Shown: piece by piece, positions 9,673-18,583 of the stretch
Numbering within the stretch: the stretch's first letter is position 1
Layout of the letters: each line of letters opens with the position of its first letter
Source of the DNA: Myxococcota bacterium
GTDB taxonomy: Bacteria; Myxococcota_A; UBA9160; UBA6930
Reading direction: 5' to 3'
DNA: 64,000 nt
NCBI GenBank assembly: GCA_965223415.1
Contig: OZ245002.1
Coordinates: 544,001 to 608,000 of the forward strand
Position numbers and translations under genes: made by a program
Notes under the pieces: model-generated
The model's input: the letters and a program-made list of their open reading frames with translations, nothing else
Database searches by the model: none
What the model was told of the DNA's origin: nothing

Positions 9673-11781
9673 GTGGAGGATCACACCAGGAAGCGCCCGC
9701 GGGTGCTCGTCGTCGATGACGACCCGGGGGTCTGTCGGACCCTTGAGAGGGCCCTCGAACGCGACGGCCTCGAGGCCCAGATCGCGAGAGACGGGGAGTC
9801 GGCGTTGCGCGCCTTCGACGAGCGGCCGCCCCAGCTCGTGCTCCTCGACGTCCAGATGCCGGGCCCCTCGGGCTTCGACGTCTGCGGGACCATCCGCGCC
9901 CGCCCAGGCGGAGCCGAGCTGCCGATCGTCATGATGACCGGCATGGAGGACATCCAGTCGATCCAGCGTGCCTACGAAGCGGGCGCCACCGACTTCGTGA
10001 CCAAGCCGATCCAGTACCTCGTGCTCTCCCACCGGCTCCGCTACCTGCTGCGCGCCGGCTCCACCCTGCACCTGCTGCGGGAAGCTCAGGACCGGGTGAT
10101 CGACCAGCAGCGCCTCGCCCAGATCGGAAGCTGGGAGCTCGATCTCGAGACCGGGCGCTTCCACGGGTCGGACGTGCTCTGGGAGATCCACGGCATCCCG
10201 CGACCGGATGCCAGCTCGGGCATGCGGGTGCTCGCCGACTCAATCCACCCGAGCGACCGCGAACGGGTACAGGAAGCGATCCGGCGCTGTCGCGAACAGG
10301 GGGGCGTGGTGCGCTTCGACCAGCGCATGCGACGCGTCGACGGCTCCGAACGCATCCTCCACTGCCAGGTGCGGCTCGGCTTCGACCCGGAAGGCGTGCC
10401 GGAGCGCCTGGAGGGCGTGGCCCAGGACCTCACCGAGCGACGGCGCACGGAGCAGCAGATCCGCTTCCTGTCTTCCCACGACGCGCTCACCAGCCTGGGC
10501 AATCGACGTCTGTTTCGCGAACGCCTCGATCTCGCGCTTCGGCAGGCGCGCCAGGGCGGCTGGAAGGCCGGCATCCTCTACCTTGACCTGGACCACTTCA
10601 AGCGCATCAACGAGACCTTCGGCCACTCGGTGGGGGACTCGCTCCTCGCGGAGGTGGCCAACCGTCTGGTGATGAGCGTGCGCGGCGCCGACCTGGTGAC
10701 CCGCGACGACGACTCGGCGATCTCCCGCCTTGGCGGTGACGAGTTCTCCATCCTGCTGCCGCGGGTGCGGGACGCCGAGAGCCTCGCCACCGTCGCCCGC
10801 CGGATCCTGCGCGCGCTCGCCCGCCCCTTCTCCCTGGAGGGCCACGAGGTGGTCGTCGGGGGCAGCGTCGGCATCACGGTCTTTCCCAGCGACGGCGACG
10901 ATCCGGAGACGCTGCTCCGCAACGCGGACACCGCCATGTACGCGGCGAAGGAGCAGGGGCGCAACACCTATCAGTTCTACGCGGAGCGGATGAACGAGCT
11001 CTCCCTGCGACGCCTGATCCTCGAGGGCAAGCTGCGCCGGGCCCTGGAAGAGGGGCAATTCGAGCTCTACTACCAGCCGAAGGTGAGCCTCGCCTCCGGC
11101 CGGATCGAAGGCTGCGAGGCCCTGGTGCGTTGGCACGAACCGGAGCTCGGCATGGTCGGTCCCGGCGACTTCATCCCGGTCGCCGAGGAGACGGGCCTGA
11201 TCGTCGGGCTCGGCGAATGGGTCCTGGAGGAGGCGTGCCGGCAAGCCGCCGATTGGAGCCGCCGGGGCGTCTGCGAGGTGCCCGTGGCCGTCAACCTCTC
11301 GCCCGAGCAGTTCCGCAGGCCCGGCCTCGCGCGGCGCGTGGCCCGTGTCGTCCAGGAGGCGGGAATTCCCCCGGAGCGACTGGAGCTGGAGATCACGGAG
11401 GGGGTCATGCTCCACGACACGGAGCAGGTGATCCGGGAGCTGGACGAGATGCGCGCCCTCGGCATGCGGATCGCCCTCGACGACTTCGGGACCGGCTACT
11501 CGTCGCTCTCCTACGTGCGCCGCCTGCCCGTCGATACCCTCAAGATCGACCGCACCTTCATCATGGACATCGACGAGGACCCGGAAGACGCCGCCCTGAC
11601 CCGGGCGATCATCGCCCTCGGGCACGTGCTGGGCCTGCGCAGCGTCGCGGAGGGCGTCGAGACCGAAGCCCAGCGCGCCCGGCTCGCCAGCTGGAGCTGC
11701 GACCAGATGCAGGGCTTCCTCTTCAGCCGCCCGCTCCCGGCAGCGGAGCTCGAGGCCTTGTGGCGGAGCGAGGAGACCTAA
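9673..11781 (+). CDS. REC-PAS-GGDEF-EAL diguanylate cyclase/phosphodiesterase
   Basis: VLVVDDD/LLDVQMP receiver, IGSWE...IHPSD PAS, RLGGDEF, EALVRW, LDDFGTGYSS; start codon uncertain. Confidence 0.9.
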   Translation: MEDHTRKRPRVLVVDDDPGVCRTLERALERDGLEAQIARDGESALRAFDERPPQLVLLDVQMPGPSGFDVCGTIRARPGGAELPIVMMTGMEDIQSIQRAYEAGATDFVTKPIQYLVLSHRLRYLLRAGSTLHLLREAQDRVIDQQRLAQIGSWELDLETGRFHGSDVLWEIHGIPRPDASSGMRVLADSIHPSDRERVQEAIRRCREQGGVVRFDQRMRRVDGSERILHCQVRLGFDPEGVPERLEGVAQDLTERRRTEQQIRFLSSHDALTSLGNRRLFRERLDLALRQARQGGWKAGILYLDLDHFKRINETFGHSVGDSLLAEVANRLVMSVRGADLVTRDDDSAISRLGGDEFSILLPRVRDAESLATVARRILRALARPFSLEGHEVVVGGSVGITVFPSDGDDPETLLRNADTAMYAAKEQGRNTYQFYAERMNELSLRRLILEGKLRRALEEGQFELYYQPKVSLASGRIEGCEALVRWHEPELGMVGPGDFIPVAEETGLIVGLGEWVLEEACRQAADWSRRGVCEVPVAVNLSPEQFRRPGLARRVARVVQEAGIPPERLELEITEGVMLHDTEQVIRELDEMRALGMRIALDDFGTGYSSLSYVRRLPVDTLKIDRTFIMDIDEDPEDAALTRAIIALGHVLGLRSVAEGVETEAQRARLASWSCDQMQGFLFSRPLPAAELEALWRSEET

Positions 11782-13427
11782 CGTCGGCGCTCGAGCGTGC
11801 GCAGGCGAAGGCGGAGGGCATGGGCGCGACGGGGATCGGCGTCGGCGTCCAACACCTCCAGGGCACGGGCCACCGCCCGGGCCGCCTCCGCGCGCCGGCC
11901 CACGGCCTCGAGGGCGTCGGCCAGGGTCTCGTGGGCGAAGGGGTCCGCCGGGTCGAGGGCCGCCGCCCTCTGCGCCGCCTCCAGGCCCTCCCGGCGGGCC
12001 TGCGCCCCCCGCCCGGCCGCCGCGAGCGCCCGCGAGAGGTTCAGGAGCGTGGGGACGTCGTCCGGTGCGATCGCCAGGGCCTCTCGCAGCGGCGAGAGAG
12101 CCGCCCGCGCCTCGCCCTCCGCGAGCAGGGCGGCACCGAGCCGCTCCTGGGCGCGCAGGTTGGGGCCGGTCACAGCGACGGTGTGCGCGAAGAGACTGCG
12201 GCTGTCCCGCCAGTGGGCGAGCTGGCTGCGGGTCGCCAGGCCCAGGCCGAGGAGACCGGCGAGGGCCAGGGCCCCGAGGGCGCGGCCCAGGGGGCGCGCC
12301 ATCAGGCCGGGCGGCACGCTCCAGGCCACCACGATCGTCAGCCCCGGGGTCGCGAGATAGGTGTAGCGATCGGCCATGGCCTGGGAGCCCACCTGCACCA
12401 GCCCGATCATGGGAACGAGCGTGCCGAGGAACCAGAGCCATCCCACCGCCCAGTAGGGCCGCGTGTCGAGGCGCCGGGTGACCGCGATGGTGAGCGCGAG
12501 CAGGACCACCAGGCTCGGGATCACTCGCAGCGCGCCGAGCTCGCCATGGGGGTAGTAGACGGCGAGGTCGCGCGGCCACAGGAAGTGGCCCAGGTAGCCC
12601 GCGTAGGCGACCGGAACGTTCAGCAGGCGTTGGACGATCGACAGCTGCTCGGCCGAGGCGACGGCACCGGCGCCGCGCTGGGCCACGAAGGTGATCGCGG
12701 AGACGAGCGCGACCAGAACGAAGAGCGGGACCTTCTCGACGACGCATCGACGCAGCCGCTCCGGGTCGATGCGCCCCGGGGCGTCGGGGGCGACCAGCCG
12801 CCCGAGGGGCCAGAGGTCGAGGAGGAGCAGGACGAAGGGCAGCGTGACGTAGCTCGGCTTCGACATCAGTCCGGCGACCACGCACAGGCCGAGCCCGCCG
12901 AGGCGCTTTCGCCCGAGCCCGCCCTGCTCGGCCGCTCCCCGGGTGAACGCCCCTGCATAGATCCACAGGGCGAGCATCCAGAAGAGCCCCGCCAGCAGCG
13001 CCCGCCGCTGGGCGGCCCACGCCACCACCTCCACCTGGAGCGGGTGCAGCGCGAAGACCGCGGCCACCAGGGCGCTGCGCCAGCGGTCGCCGGTGAGCCG
13101 CCGAAGCGCCGCGAAGGCCCCGGCCGTGCACAGCGCGTGCAGCAGCAGGTTGGTGGCATGGACGCCGCGGGAGGAGAGGCCGTGGAGCTCCGCATCGACC
13201 AGGTAGGAGAGCCAGGTCAGGGGGAACCAGTTGCCGCCGAAGTCGGTCGTGAAGGCCCAGCGAACGGCGCCGAGAGAGAGCCCACCCGCGAGCGCGGGGT
13301 TCTCCGAGACGTAGTAGTCGTCGTCGAAATTGAGGAAGGCGTGGCCGGTGGAGGGCTCGTAGAGCACCGCCGCCAGCAGGGCGAGGCCCGCCCCCACGAC
13401 CACGTCCAAGCCCGCCCGCGTACCCAT
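11778..13427 (-). CDS. TMTC-like membrane glycosyltransferase (GT-C fold) with C-terminal TPRs
   Basis: NFDDDYYV, NWFPLTWLS, FALHPLQVEVVAW, MADRYTYL, many TM segments, Ala-rich TPR tail. Confidence 0.75.
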   Translation of the reverse strand: MGTRAGLDVVVGAGLALLAAVLYEPSTGHAFLNFDDDYYVSENPALAGGLSLGAVRWAFTTDFGGNWFPLTWLSYLVDAELHGLSSRGVHATNLLLHALCTAGAFAALRRLTGDRWRSALVAAVFALHPLQVEVVAWAAQRRALLAGLFWMLALWIYAGAFTRGAAEQGGLGRKRLGGLGLCVVAGLMSKPSYVTLPFVLLLLDLWPLGRLVAPDAPGRIDPERLRRCVVEKVPLFVLVALVSAITFVAQRGAGAVASAEQLSIVQRLLNVPVAYAGYLGHFLWPRDLAVYYPHGELGALRVIPSLVVLLALTIAVTRRLDTRPYWAVGWLWFLGTLVPMIGLVQVGSQAMADRYTYLATPGLTIVVAWSVPPGLMARPLGRALGALALAGLLGLGLATRSQLAHWRDSRSLFAHTVAVTGPNLRAQERLGAALLAEGEARAALSPLREALAIAPDDVPTLLNLSRALAAAGRGAQARREGLEAAQRAAALDPADPFAHETLADALEAVGRRAEAARAVARALEVLDADADPRRAHALRLRLRTLERRR

Positions 13428-13520
13428 CGGCCGCAGTGTAGGCCCACCGGACGCCGGAGCGAGTCCGCGTTCCGCCCGGGGGCCGTGGCGCATCGCCACC
13501 ACACGGGGTTGAATCCCGGC

Positions 13521-14375
13521 ATGCCCGAAGTTGCCCACGATCGGACCTTCACCAACCGGGACGGGTTGGCGCTCTACTACCGCGAGTACGCGGGCCCGGG
13601 CGACGCGACCCTGCCGCCGGCGCTCTGCGTGCCGGGCCTCACCCGCAACCACCGCGACTTCGACGATCTCGCACCGCGGCTCGCCACGAAGCGCCGGGTG
13701 CTGTGCCCGGACCTCCGCGGGCGCGGGCGCTCGGCCTACGACCCCCGGCCGGAGCGCTACGTGCCGCCGACCTACGCCCAGGACCTGGTGGAGCTGCTCG
13801 ACGTCGCCGGGGCACCGCGAGTTGCCGTGGTCGGAACCTCCCTCGGCGGCCTGCTGGCGATGCTACTCGCCGCGATGCATGCCGAGCGGATCGATCGGAT
13901 CGTCCTCAACGACGTCGGCCCGGAGATCGACCCCAAGGGCCTGGCGCGCATCCAGGGTTACGTGGGCAAGAGCCAGCCGATCACCAGCTGGGAGGAGGCC
14001 GGCGCGGCGGCGAAGGCGATCTACGGCCTCGCGATGCCGGACCTCGACGACGAGGACTGGATCGCCCAGGCGAAGCGGGGCTCGGCCCGGGACGCGGACG
14101 GCACGATCCGCCCGGACTACGACCCGCGCATCTCCGAGGCCGCGGGAGACGCGGCCAGCGCCGCCCCGGACCTCTGGCCGATCTGGGGGGCGCTCGCCGC
14201 GATCCCGACTCTCGTCCTGCGGGGTGAGACCAGCGACATCCTCTCGGAGGCGACGCTGGATCGCATGGCGAGGGAGAAGCCGGACCTGGTGCGCGTGACG
14301 GTGCCCGGCCGGGGACACGCCCCGCTGCTCGACGAGCCGGTCAGCCGGGCGGCCCTGGAGGAATTCCTTCGTTAG
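13521..14375 (+). CDS. Alpha/beta fold hydrolase
   Basis: PGLTRN, DLRGRGRS, GTSLGG nucleophile elbow, LNDVGP, GHAP. Confidence 0.9.
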   Translation: MPEVAHDRTFTNRDGLALYYREYAGPGDATLPPALCVPGLTRNHRDFDDLAPRLATKRRVLCPDLRGRGRSAYDPRPERYVPPTYAQDLVELLDVAGAPRVAVVGTSLGGLLAMLLAAMHAERIDRIVLNDVGPEIDPKGLARIQGYVGKSQPITSWEEAGAAAKAIYGLAMPDLDDEDWIAQAKRGSARDADGTIRPDYDPRISEAAGDAASAAPDLWPIWGALAAIPTLVLRGETSDILSEATLDRMAREKPDLVRVTVPGRGHAPLLDEPVSRAALEEFLR

Positions 14376-14403
14376 GCCGGCCAGCCCTGCCGGAAGTCCC
14401 TCG

Positions 14404-15156
14404 TCAGGCCGGGTGATGCTCCGACTCGAAGCGCTCGGCCAGGGCGAGGAGCGCCGCGGACGGCTCCGCGCGTTCCACCGGGCGCTCCCCGGCCAGGTGC
14501 CGCAGGAGGGCCGCGGCGACCTCCTCCAGGGTCACGCCGGGGACCTCGTCCTGCACCGAGCCCGCCGCGCCGGGATCCATCGGTAGCTCCATCGCCGCGT
14601 AGATCGGCTCGAGCACCCGGCCCACCCGGGCGCCGTCGCCGACTACGACCACGCCTCCGACGTGGGCCGCGCCCTTCACGATCCGCTGTCCCACGCCCAT
14701 CAGCTTGCGCTGACCCCGGGCGTTCACGCTGTGGTCGCCGGGACAGTACTCGCCGGGCACCGCGCCGATGCGTGCGTCGACACCGAGGTCGGCCAGCGCC
14801 TTCCGCACCCGGCGGGCCAGGTCTTCGAAGCGCGCGCCGATCCCCGCCCGCGCGTCCTCGGCGGGAAGGCACCAGGCGAAGGCCAGGCTCTGCCGGGTGA
14901 AGAGCGCGGCGCGGCCGCCGGCGAGTCGCACCACCGCGTCGAAGCCGGTCGTCCGCGCGGCTTCGACGGCCTTGCCGAAGCCCGGCCGGGTGCGGTCGAG
15001 CACGGAGAAGGCCACCACGTCGTCGGGGACGTAGAGTCGGAGGCTCTCGCCCTCCAGACCGGCGGCCACGCGCGTGAGCAGCGCCCGGGAGACGGCGGTA
15101 TCGAAGGCGGCGCGGCCGGGAAAGCGCGCGTCGAGGACCTGGAGCGGGAGCGGCAC
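14404..15156 (-). CDS. Lipoate-protein ligase family protein (LplA/LipL-like, catalytic domain only)
   Basis: RLAGGRAA, GEYCPGDHSV, KLMGVGQR. Confidence 0.75.
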   Translation of the reverse strand: MPLPLQVLDARFPGRAAFDTAVSRALLTRVAAGLEGESLRLYVPDDVVAFSVLDRTRPGFGKAVEAARTTGFDAVVRLAGGRAALFTRQSLAFAWCLPAEDARAGIGARFEDLARRVRKALADLGVDARIGAVPGEYCPGDHSVNARGQRKLMGVGQRIVKGAAHVGGVVVVGDGARVGRVLEPIYAAMELPMDPGAAGSVQDEVPGVTLEEVAAALLRHLAGERPVERAEPSAALLALAERFESEHHPA

Positions 15157-15175
15157 CGCCGGAGTGTAGGCGCCC

Positions 15176-15751
15176 TCAGGTGCCCGGCTCGAACTCCGCC
15201 CGGGAGAGACGATCGGCCACGTGCTCGGCGAGCCCCTTCATCTCGGGGCGCTCGGCCCAGGGACCGGGGACGCGGAGCGACACGTCCGCGCGCAGGACGT
15301 CGCGGCTGGCCGGCCGCAGCAGCATCCAGTTCCAGGTGTGCAGCGTGCGGTTGCCGTCCTCCCGGGGCCCGGCGAAGGCCAGCATCACGTCGCCCGAGCC
15401 GGTGGAGGAGACCGCCAGGTCGCCCCACGCCGGCTCCAGGAAGCTGCGCGCCTGCTTGATCAGGCTGTCGTGGGCGGGCACGGCGCCGCGCACAGGATCC
15501 CGACCGACCGCGAGCCACAGCTCGACGTCCGGCACCTCCGGCAGCCGCAGCACGGTGGCGCCCTCGTCCTCGCGAGCCACCTGGAAGCGCTCGTCGAGGG
15601 AGAGCCGGAGGGAGAGATCCCCCGCGACCGGGGCCTCGGGGGTGGGAGACGTCTCCGGCGCCGGGGAGACCTCCGGCACCACCTCGACCCGGTTGCAGGC
15701 CAGGGCGAGCAGCAGGACACCAGCCGTGAGCAGCGATCGCATCATGCCCAT
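15176..15751 (-). CDS. Hypothetical lipoprotein
   Basis: Signal peptide with lipobox LALAC followed by a Pro/Glu-rich linker; fills the gap between neighbouring genes. Confidence 0.6.
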   Translation of the reverse strand: MGMMRSLLTAGVLLLALACNRVEVVPEVSPAPETSPTPEAPVAGDLSLRLSLDERFQVAREDEGATVLRLPEVPDVELWLAVGRDPVRGAVPAHDSLIKQARSFLEPAWGDLAVSSTGSGDVMLAFAGPREDGNRTLHTWNWMLLRPASRDVLRADVSLRVPGPWAERPEMKGLAEHVADRLSRAEFEPGT

Positions 15752-15822
15752 CGTTTCGGCCGGCCTCCCTCCTGGCTGGAGCCGCGTGGGATAGAGTCCC
15801 TGCCTTCGCGAAGGAGAGCGGC

Positions 15823-17025
15823 ATGGGACCGATGGACGGCGTTCGGGTGGTCGAAATGGGGGTCTGGGTGGCCGGACCCGCAGCGGGAGGGATCCTCGCG
15901 GACTGGGGTGCCGACGTGGTGAAGATCGAGCCCCCGGGCGTCGGCGACCCCGGCCGTCTCTTCGCCACGATGCTCGGCGGCGACCTGCCCTTCAACGCGC
16001 CCTTCGAGATGGACAACCGCAGCAAGCGCAGCGTCGTGATCGACCTGAGCACGCCCGAGGGCCGCGCCCTTGGTCTCGAGCTGGTGGACGGCGCGGACGT
16101 GTTCGTCACGAACGTGCGCCAGGCCGGCCTGGCGCGAATCGGCTTCGATCCGGAGAGCCTCATGGCTCGCAACCCGCGGCTGGTCTACGCCGCGGTCACC
16201 GGCTTCGGCCTCGAGGGCCCGGACAAGGACAAGGCGGCCTACGACATCGCCGGCTTCTGGGCGCGCTCGGGCATCGCCCACATGCTCACCCAGCCCGGCA
16301 GCCATCCGCCCTTCCAGCGCGGCGGCATGGGCGACCACAACACCGGCCTCGCGGCGGCCGGCGCCATCTCCGCGGCGCTCTTCTCCCGCGAACGCACGGG
16401 CAAGGGCCAGCTGGTCTCGACGTCCCTGCTTCGCGAGGGCGTCTACACCCTGAGCTTCGACCTGGCGACGGCCCTGCGTTTTGGGGTTGGCCTGCAGGTG
16501 GCCGACCGCACGACCATGGGCAACCCTTGCATCAACAACTACCGGGACAAGGACGGCCGCTGGTTCTGGATCGTGGGGCTCGAAGGCGATCGCCATTGGC
16601 CGCCGCTCTGCCGCGTGGCGGGCCACCCGGAGTGGGCCTCCGACCCCCGCTTCGCCACGCCGAAGGATCGCGCCGAGAACGCGGCGGCGCTGATCGGCTT
16701 GCTCGACGAGGTGTTCGCGACGAAGAGCCGCGACGAGTGGGCGGAGGTCTTCGCGACGGAGCCCGACATGTGGTGGGCCCCGGTCCAGGATCTGGAGGAG
16801 GTGATGGCCGACGAGCAGGTCCGCGCCGATGGCGGCTTCTGCGAGGTTCCGGACGGCGGCGCGACCAGCCTCTTCCCCGCGTCCCCGGTGGACTTCCACG
16901 GCACGCCCTGGGCGCCGCGCTGGATGGCGCCGGAGCACGGCCAGCACACCGAGGAGGTGCTGCGGGAGCTGGGCCGCGACGACGCGGCGATCACCGAGCT
17001 GCGGGCAACGGGGGCGATCGGCTAG
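15823..17025 (+). CDS. CaiB/BaiF family CoA-transferase
   Basis: GVRVVEMG, LADWGADVVKIEPP, NRSKRSV, GMGD, APEHGQHTEEVL. Confidence 0.92.
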   Translation: MGPMDGVRVVEMGVWVAGPAAGGILADWGADVVKIEPPGVGDPGRLFATMLGGDLPFNAPFEMDNRSKRSVVIDLSTPEGRALGLELVDGADVFVTNVRQAGLARIGFDPESLMARNPRLVYAAVTGFGLEGPDKDKAAYDIAGFWARSGIAHMLTQPGSHPPFQRGGMGDHNTGLAAAGAISAALFSRERTGKGQLVSTSLLREGVYTLSFDLATALRFGVGLQVADRTTMGNPCINNYRDKDGRWFWIVGLEGDRHWPPLCRVAGHPEWASDPRFATPKDRAENAAALIGLLDEVFATKSRDEWAEVFATEPDMWWAPVQDLEEVMADEQVRADGGFCEVPDGGATSLFPASPVDFHGTPWAPRWMAPEHGQHTEEVLRELGRDDAAITELRATGAIG

Positions 17026-17035
17026 GCGCCGGCGG

Positions 17036-18583
17036 TCAGTCGGACTCGAGGCCCGGCAGGAGCACCGATCGGTGTCGGTCCATCTCCTCGGCCATGAGCC
17101 GGTGCCCGAAGGCGGTGAGGTGCACCCGGTCCCACCACAAGAACCCCTCCGCGCGGCGGGCGACCAGCGCGGCGTGCAGGTCGAGCACCGGCACCCCGTG
17201 GCGCGCGCCGACGGCGCGCAGCACCTCGTGACGCTCGCGAAGGCCCGCCAGGCTGCGCTCGCTGCGGGCCTCGATCGTGTTGGGCTCGAGCACGAGCACG
17301 GTGCGGATGTCGCGGGCGCGATTGAAGACGACGAGCGCCTCCAGGGCCTGCTCCATGGCCTCCGGGTCGCGATCGTTGTTGCCGAGGTTCACGACCACCA
17401 GCTCGGGGGCCCAGGGGCTCCAGGTCTCGGTCCAGAGCGGCAGGATCTGGGGAGCGGTGAAGGCGGGGATGCCCGTGTTGATGCACTCCACCCGCGTCCC
17501 CGCCGCCGCGTCGGCGCTCCATCGCTGCTCGAGGTGGTGCACCCAGGTGTCCTCGGGCGTCGGCGCGCCGGAGCCCCAGGTCTGGGAGCTGCCGAGGAAG
17601 ACCACCCGGCGCACGCCGGTTGGCGCGGGCTCCAGGGGGTGATCGCGCGCGAGCCGCGGAACGATCTCTCCCTCGTACTCGATGAAGTTCGCGTAGCCGG
17701 CGAAGTCCGGCGCGGCCGGGTGCAGCTTGCCCAGGTAGATCCACTCCACGCCGAGGACCAGCGCGGCGACGGCCGTCACCACGAGGTTCGTCAGCAGGAG
17801 GACGGCGTCGCTGCGGATCTCGCCGCGTTGCCGCGCCCGCCGGGAGCCGCGCCAGGCCAACGCGCCGACGCCGGCCACCAGGACGAGCGCGACGCCGCCG
17901 ACCGCCGCCGCACCGCGCCGGTTCGCGAACCGCTCCTCGACCGCGGTCCCGTCGGCCAGGACGACGCGCAGGTCGTCGACCCAGGCCTTGTCGCCGGCCG
18001 TGCTGCGTAGGGCCAGGCGAACGGGAGGGTCGAACTCGCCTCCGCAGTGGCCGAGTTCCTGGCCATCGAGGGCCGCGTGGCTGCCCCGCCAGCGAAGCCG
18101 ATGCCAGCCGGCGTCGAGCTGCCCCGCTTGCGTGCCGGGCAGGCCCCGGATGCGCTCGATGGCGCCGCCCGCGGCGACCCGCAGACAACCCCCGGGAAGA
18201 CCGGGGCTGCGGCTGAACCGGAGCGCGTCGAAGCCCCGCTGGTCGTCGCCGAGCAGTACGCTGAAGGTCCCCTCTTCCGGGAGGCGGAAGCGCAGCTCCA
18301 GCTCCGCCGGCGCGACGGGGCGTCGCAGGCGGAGCTCGTGGTGGCCGTGCCAGACCCCGAGATCGAGGCGCTCGCGAAACAGCGCCGTGCGCGTGGTCAG
18401 GAACGAGACGGAGCCGAGGATGCCGCGTGCGAGCCCGACCTTGCCGCTCTCCCAGCGACCGTTCGCGTGCAGGGTGTTGCCGAGCTGGAGCCAGGTGCGG
18501 GAGAGCAGGCTTGCGGCCAGCAGCGCCAGGAGCCCGTTCGCGATCCACAACCCGGCGCGCCCGCCACGAGCGGGCTCAGCCAC
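17036..18583 (-). CDS. Membrane-anchored SGNH/GDSL hydrolase family protein
   Basis: FLGSSQTWG (block I), NLGNND (block III), DRVH (block V); TM segments; GTG start overlaps the selD stop. Confidence 0.7.
   Translation of the reverse strand: MAEPARGGRAGLWIANGLLALLAASLLSRTWLQLGNTLHANGRWESGKVGLARGILGSVSFLTTRTALFRERLDLGVWHGHHELRLRRPVAPAELELRFRLPEEGTFSVLLGDDQRGFDALRFSRSPGLPGGCLRVAAGGAIERIRGLPGTQAGQLDAGWHRLRWRGSHAALDGQELGHCGGEFDPPVRLALRSTAGDKAWVDDLRVVLADGTAVEERFANRRGAAAVGGVALVLVAGVGALAWRGSRRARQRGEIRSDAVLLLTNLVVTAVAALVLGVEWIYLGKLHPAAPDFAGYANFIEYEGEIVPRLARDHPLEPAPTGVRRVVFLGSSQTWGSGAPTPEDTWVHHLEQRWSADAAAGTRVECINTGIPAFTAPQILPLWTETWSPWAPELVVVNLGNNDRDPEAMEQALEALVVFNRARDIRTVLVLEPNTIEARSERSLAGLRERHEVLRAVGARHGVPVLDLHAALVARRAEGFLWWDRVHLTAFGHRLMAEEMDRHRSVLLPGLESD

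Noticed and set aside
11130..14375. 1081-aa ORF as a giant fusion protein
   Set aside because: Only the last 284 aa (from 13521) look like a real hydrolase. The rest overlaps the EAL gene out of frame and lies antisense to the TMTC-like gene.
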